Origin: Octopus bimaculoides
Lineage: Eukaryota
Assembly: GCF_001194135.2 (NCBI RefSeq)
Contig: NC_068990.1
Coordinates: forward strand, 27,830,705 to 27,894,704
Length of the DNA stretch: 64,000 nt
Direction: 5' to 3'
Program-made: the position numbers and the translations under genes
The notes under the pieces: model-generated
Databases searched by the model: none
The model's input: the letters and a program-made list of their open reading frames with translations, nothing else
What the model was told of the DNA's origin: nothing
Shown: positions 62,570 through 64,000 of the stretch, piece by piece
How the letters are laid out: each line of letters starts with the position of its first letter
How positions within the stretch are numbered: the first letter of the stretch is position 1

Positions 62570-62972
62570 ATGTGGGGTAAGAATCTGCCTTCTAGGCCAT
62601 GTGGTCTTGAGTTCAGTCCCTCTGTACGACATTTTGGGCAAATGTATTATCTTAAAATCCCGGGCCGGCCAAACCTTTGTAATGAGTGGATTTTTGCTTC
62701 ACGGAAACTGAAAGAAGACCATCGCATATGTGGTGCGTGTGCGTGTGTGTTTGTGTGTGTAGTGTATGTATTTTGTGTGAGTGGTCGTCGAACTATATAA
62801 CCCTTGACAACCTGTCTTGGTTGTTTACGCCCTTCGACAGAAAAAGAAACCGATAAAATAAGTTTCAGACTTAAAAATAAGTACAGGGGGCGTGTTGTTT
62901 ACATAAACCCTTGCGAGAGGTGGTCCAGCATGGCTGCGTTCTAAAGACTGAAACAAATAAAAGATAAAAGAC
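62570..62972 (+). mobile_element. SINE family B with internal (TG)n
   Basis: tgtggggtaag...gagttcagtccc head, cacggaaactgaaagaag, cttgacaacc, ccagcatggctgc...gactgaaacaa tail. Confidence 0.8.
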
Positions 62973-62989
62973 CAATGGATGGATTACAT

Positions 62990-63170
62990 CGTCGTCATCA
63001 AAATCTGCATCATCATCATCATCTTCATTACCATCATGATGATGATCATCATCATCATCAACTTCATTATCACCATCATGATCATCATCATCATCATCAT
63101 CGCCACCACCACCACCATCATCATCATCATTATCACCATCATCACCTTCGACAGTACCATCACTCACAAT
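62990..63170. repeat. (ATC)/(CAC) tract
   Basis: Direct inspection. Confidence 0.9.
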
Positions 63171-64000
63171 CATGCCGGGAAGTGTTATTCCGCATTGGAT
63201 GCACAAAATATTCGTTCACCTCCTTCACCTTACACTGAAGGCGTTTCCTCCTGTATTAACCATATTTGCAATTAATGACGAACGATGGAGAGCCGCGAAT
63301 ATATCGCTGTCTAGAATCTCAGTTCCGAATGTAAATGTCCCATGCTGGTGCTATTTAGTAAACACACACCTCTATTTCCAACGACATGGAGGTCTACGAT
63401 CCTCGTTGTTCCGTGCTGATCTGTCGTCTTTTATGCTCCCTTGGTGTACCACCTCTAATTTTTTAAAGGCACTCAAAGTTTTTTGTAAAACTGTTGTATT
63501 AGAATAGCTTAGGCTTAGGTAACCGTCACATACTGACTTACGTGAAAGCACTATATATGTGCGTACGTGCGTGTGTGCGTGTGTATGTGTGTGTGTAATA
63601 TATATGTGTGTGTGTAAGACAGGCACATGTAAATGCAAAATTCTACATGTGTGGCAATGCTGAGCAATACCATAATTCCAAATTTAATCAATAAAATGTC
63701 TTATATAATATAATATATTCCGTGAGAACTAAAATGCACCATAATTGACATTCCACGAAGCTCTACCAACAGCAGACAAATGAAACTTAGCAAAGACTAT
63801 AAAAAGCCAAAGATGAACTCGAACGTACGACAGTTCGCTGACGTCTAAGTAAGCCGAAATTTTCAAGTTATTGTTTACTCAACTCTTGTTCAAGAATGAA
63901 TTCGTACTTAACAAAACGTATTGGGTGCATAGAAACAGAGGTTATATATATATATATGTGTGCGTGTGTGGATGTATGTTATATATATATATATATATAT

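Noticed and set aside
63180-63500. Possible decayed LINE (APAWDIY; LEVVHQ) on the minus strand
   Set aside because: Motif hints point to different clades and none is convincing.
248-63638. Long ORFs of poly-I/Y, C/V, H/T, N, D, M, H or X
   Set aside because: They are translations of (TA)n, (TG)n, (TAA)n, (ATC)n or N-gaps, not proteins.
1-64000. CRISPR array or other prokaryotic system
   Set aside because: No regularly spaced repeats with unique spacers and no operon-like ORFs; the sequence is eukaryotic repeat DNA.

Overview
This is eukaryotic, AT-rich, microsatellite-dense, repeat-dominated DNA with about 14 N-gaps, most of them abutting simple repeats. The SINE, LINE and microsatellite content looks like an octopus genome such as O. 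bimaculoides; this is inferred from repeat sequences I recognise and no search was run. There is no complete protein-coding gene, rRNA, bona fide tRNA, CRISPR array or prokaryotic feature, and nearly all ORFs in the track are microsatellite, gap or antisense-repeat artefacts. Supported content: (i) decayed retroelements, namely R4/Dong-clade RLE LINE fragments mostly bounded by (TAA)n, CR1 and RTE LINE pieces, an L1/Tx1-like ORF1, and several Penelope-like element (PLE) remnants; (ii) a Helitron helicase fragment, mariner fragments and a hAT-like MITE; (iii) many tRNA-derived SINE copies; (iv) one candidate signal-peptide-encoding exon at about 49.5-49.8 kb. The most notable signals are a set of minimal type I hammerhead ribozyme (HHR) motifs from at least four unrelated sequence families, one apparently intact at 26454-26488 and two forming a 111-bp-arm palindrome at 52002-52240, and a 547-bp non-coding element that inserts in (TAA)n with the same polarity as the R4/Dong LINEs and may be their non-autonomous partner. 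Boundaries of decayed elements are approximate.
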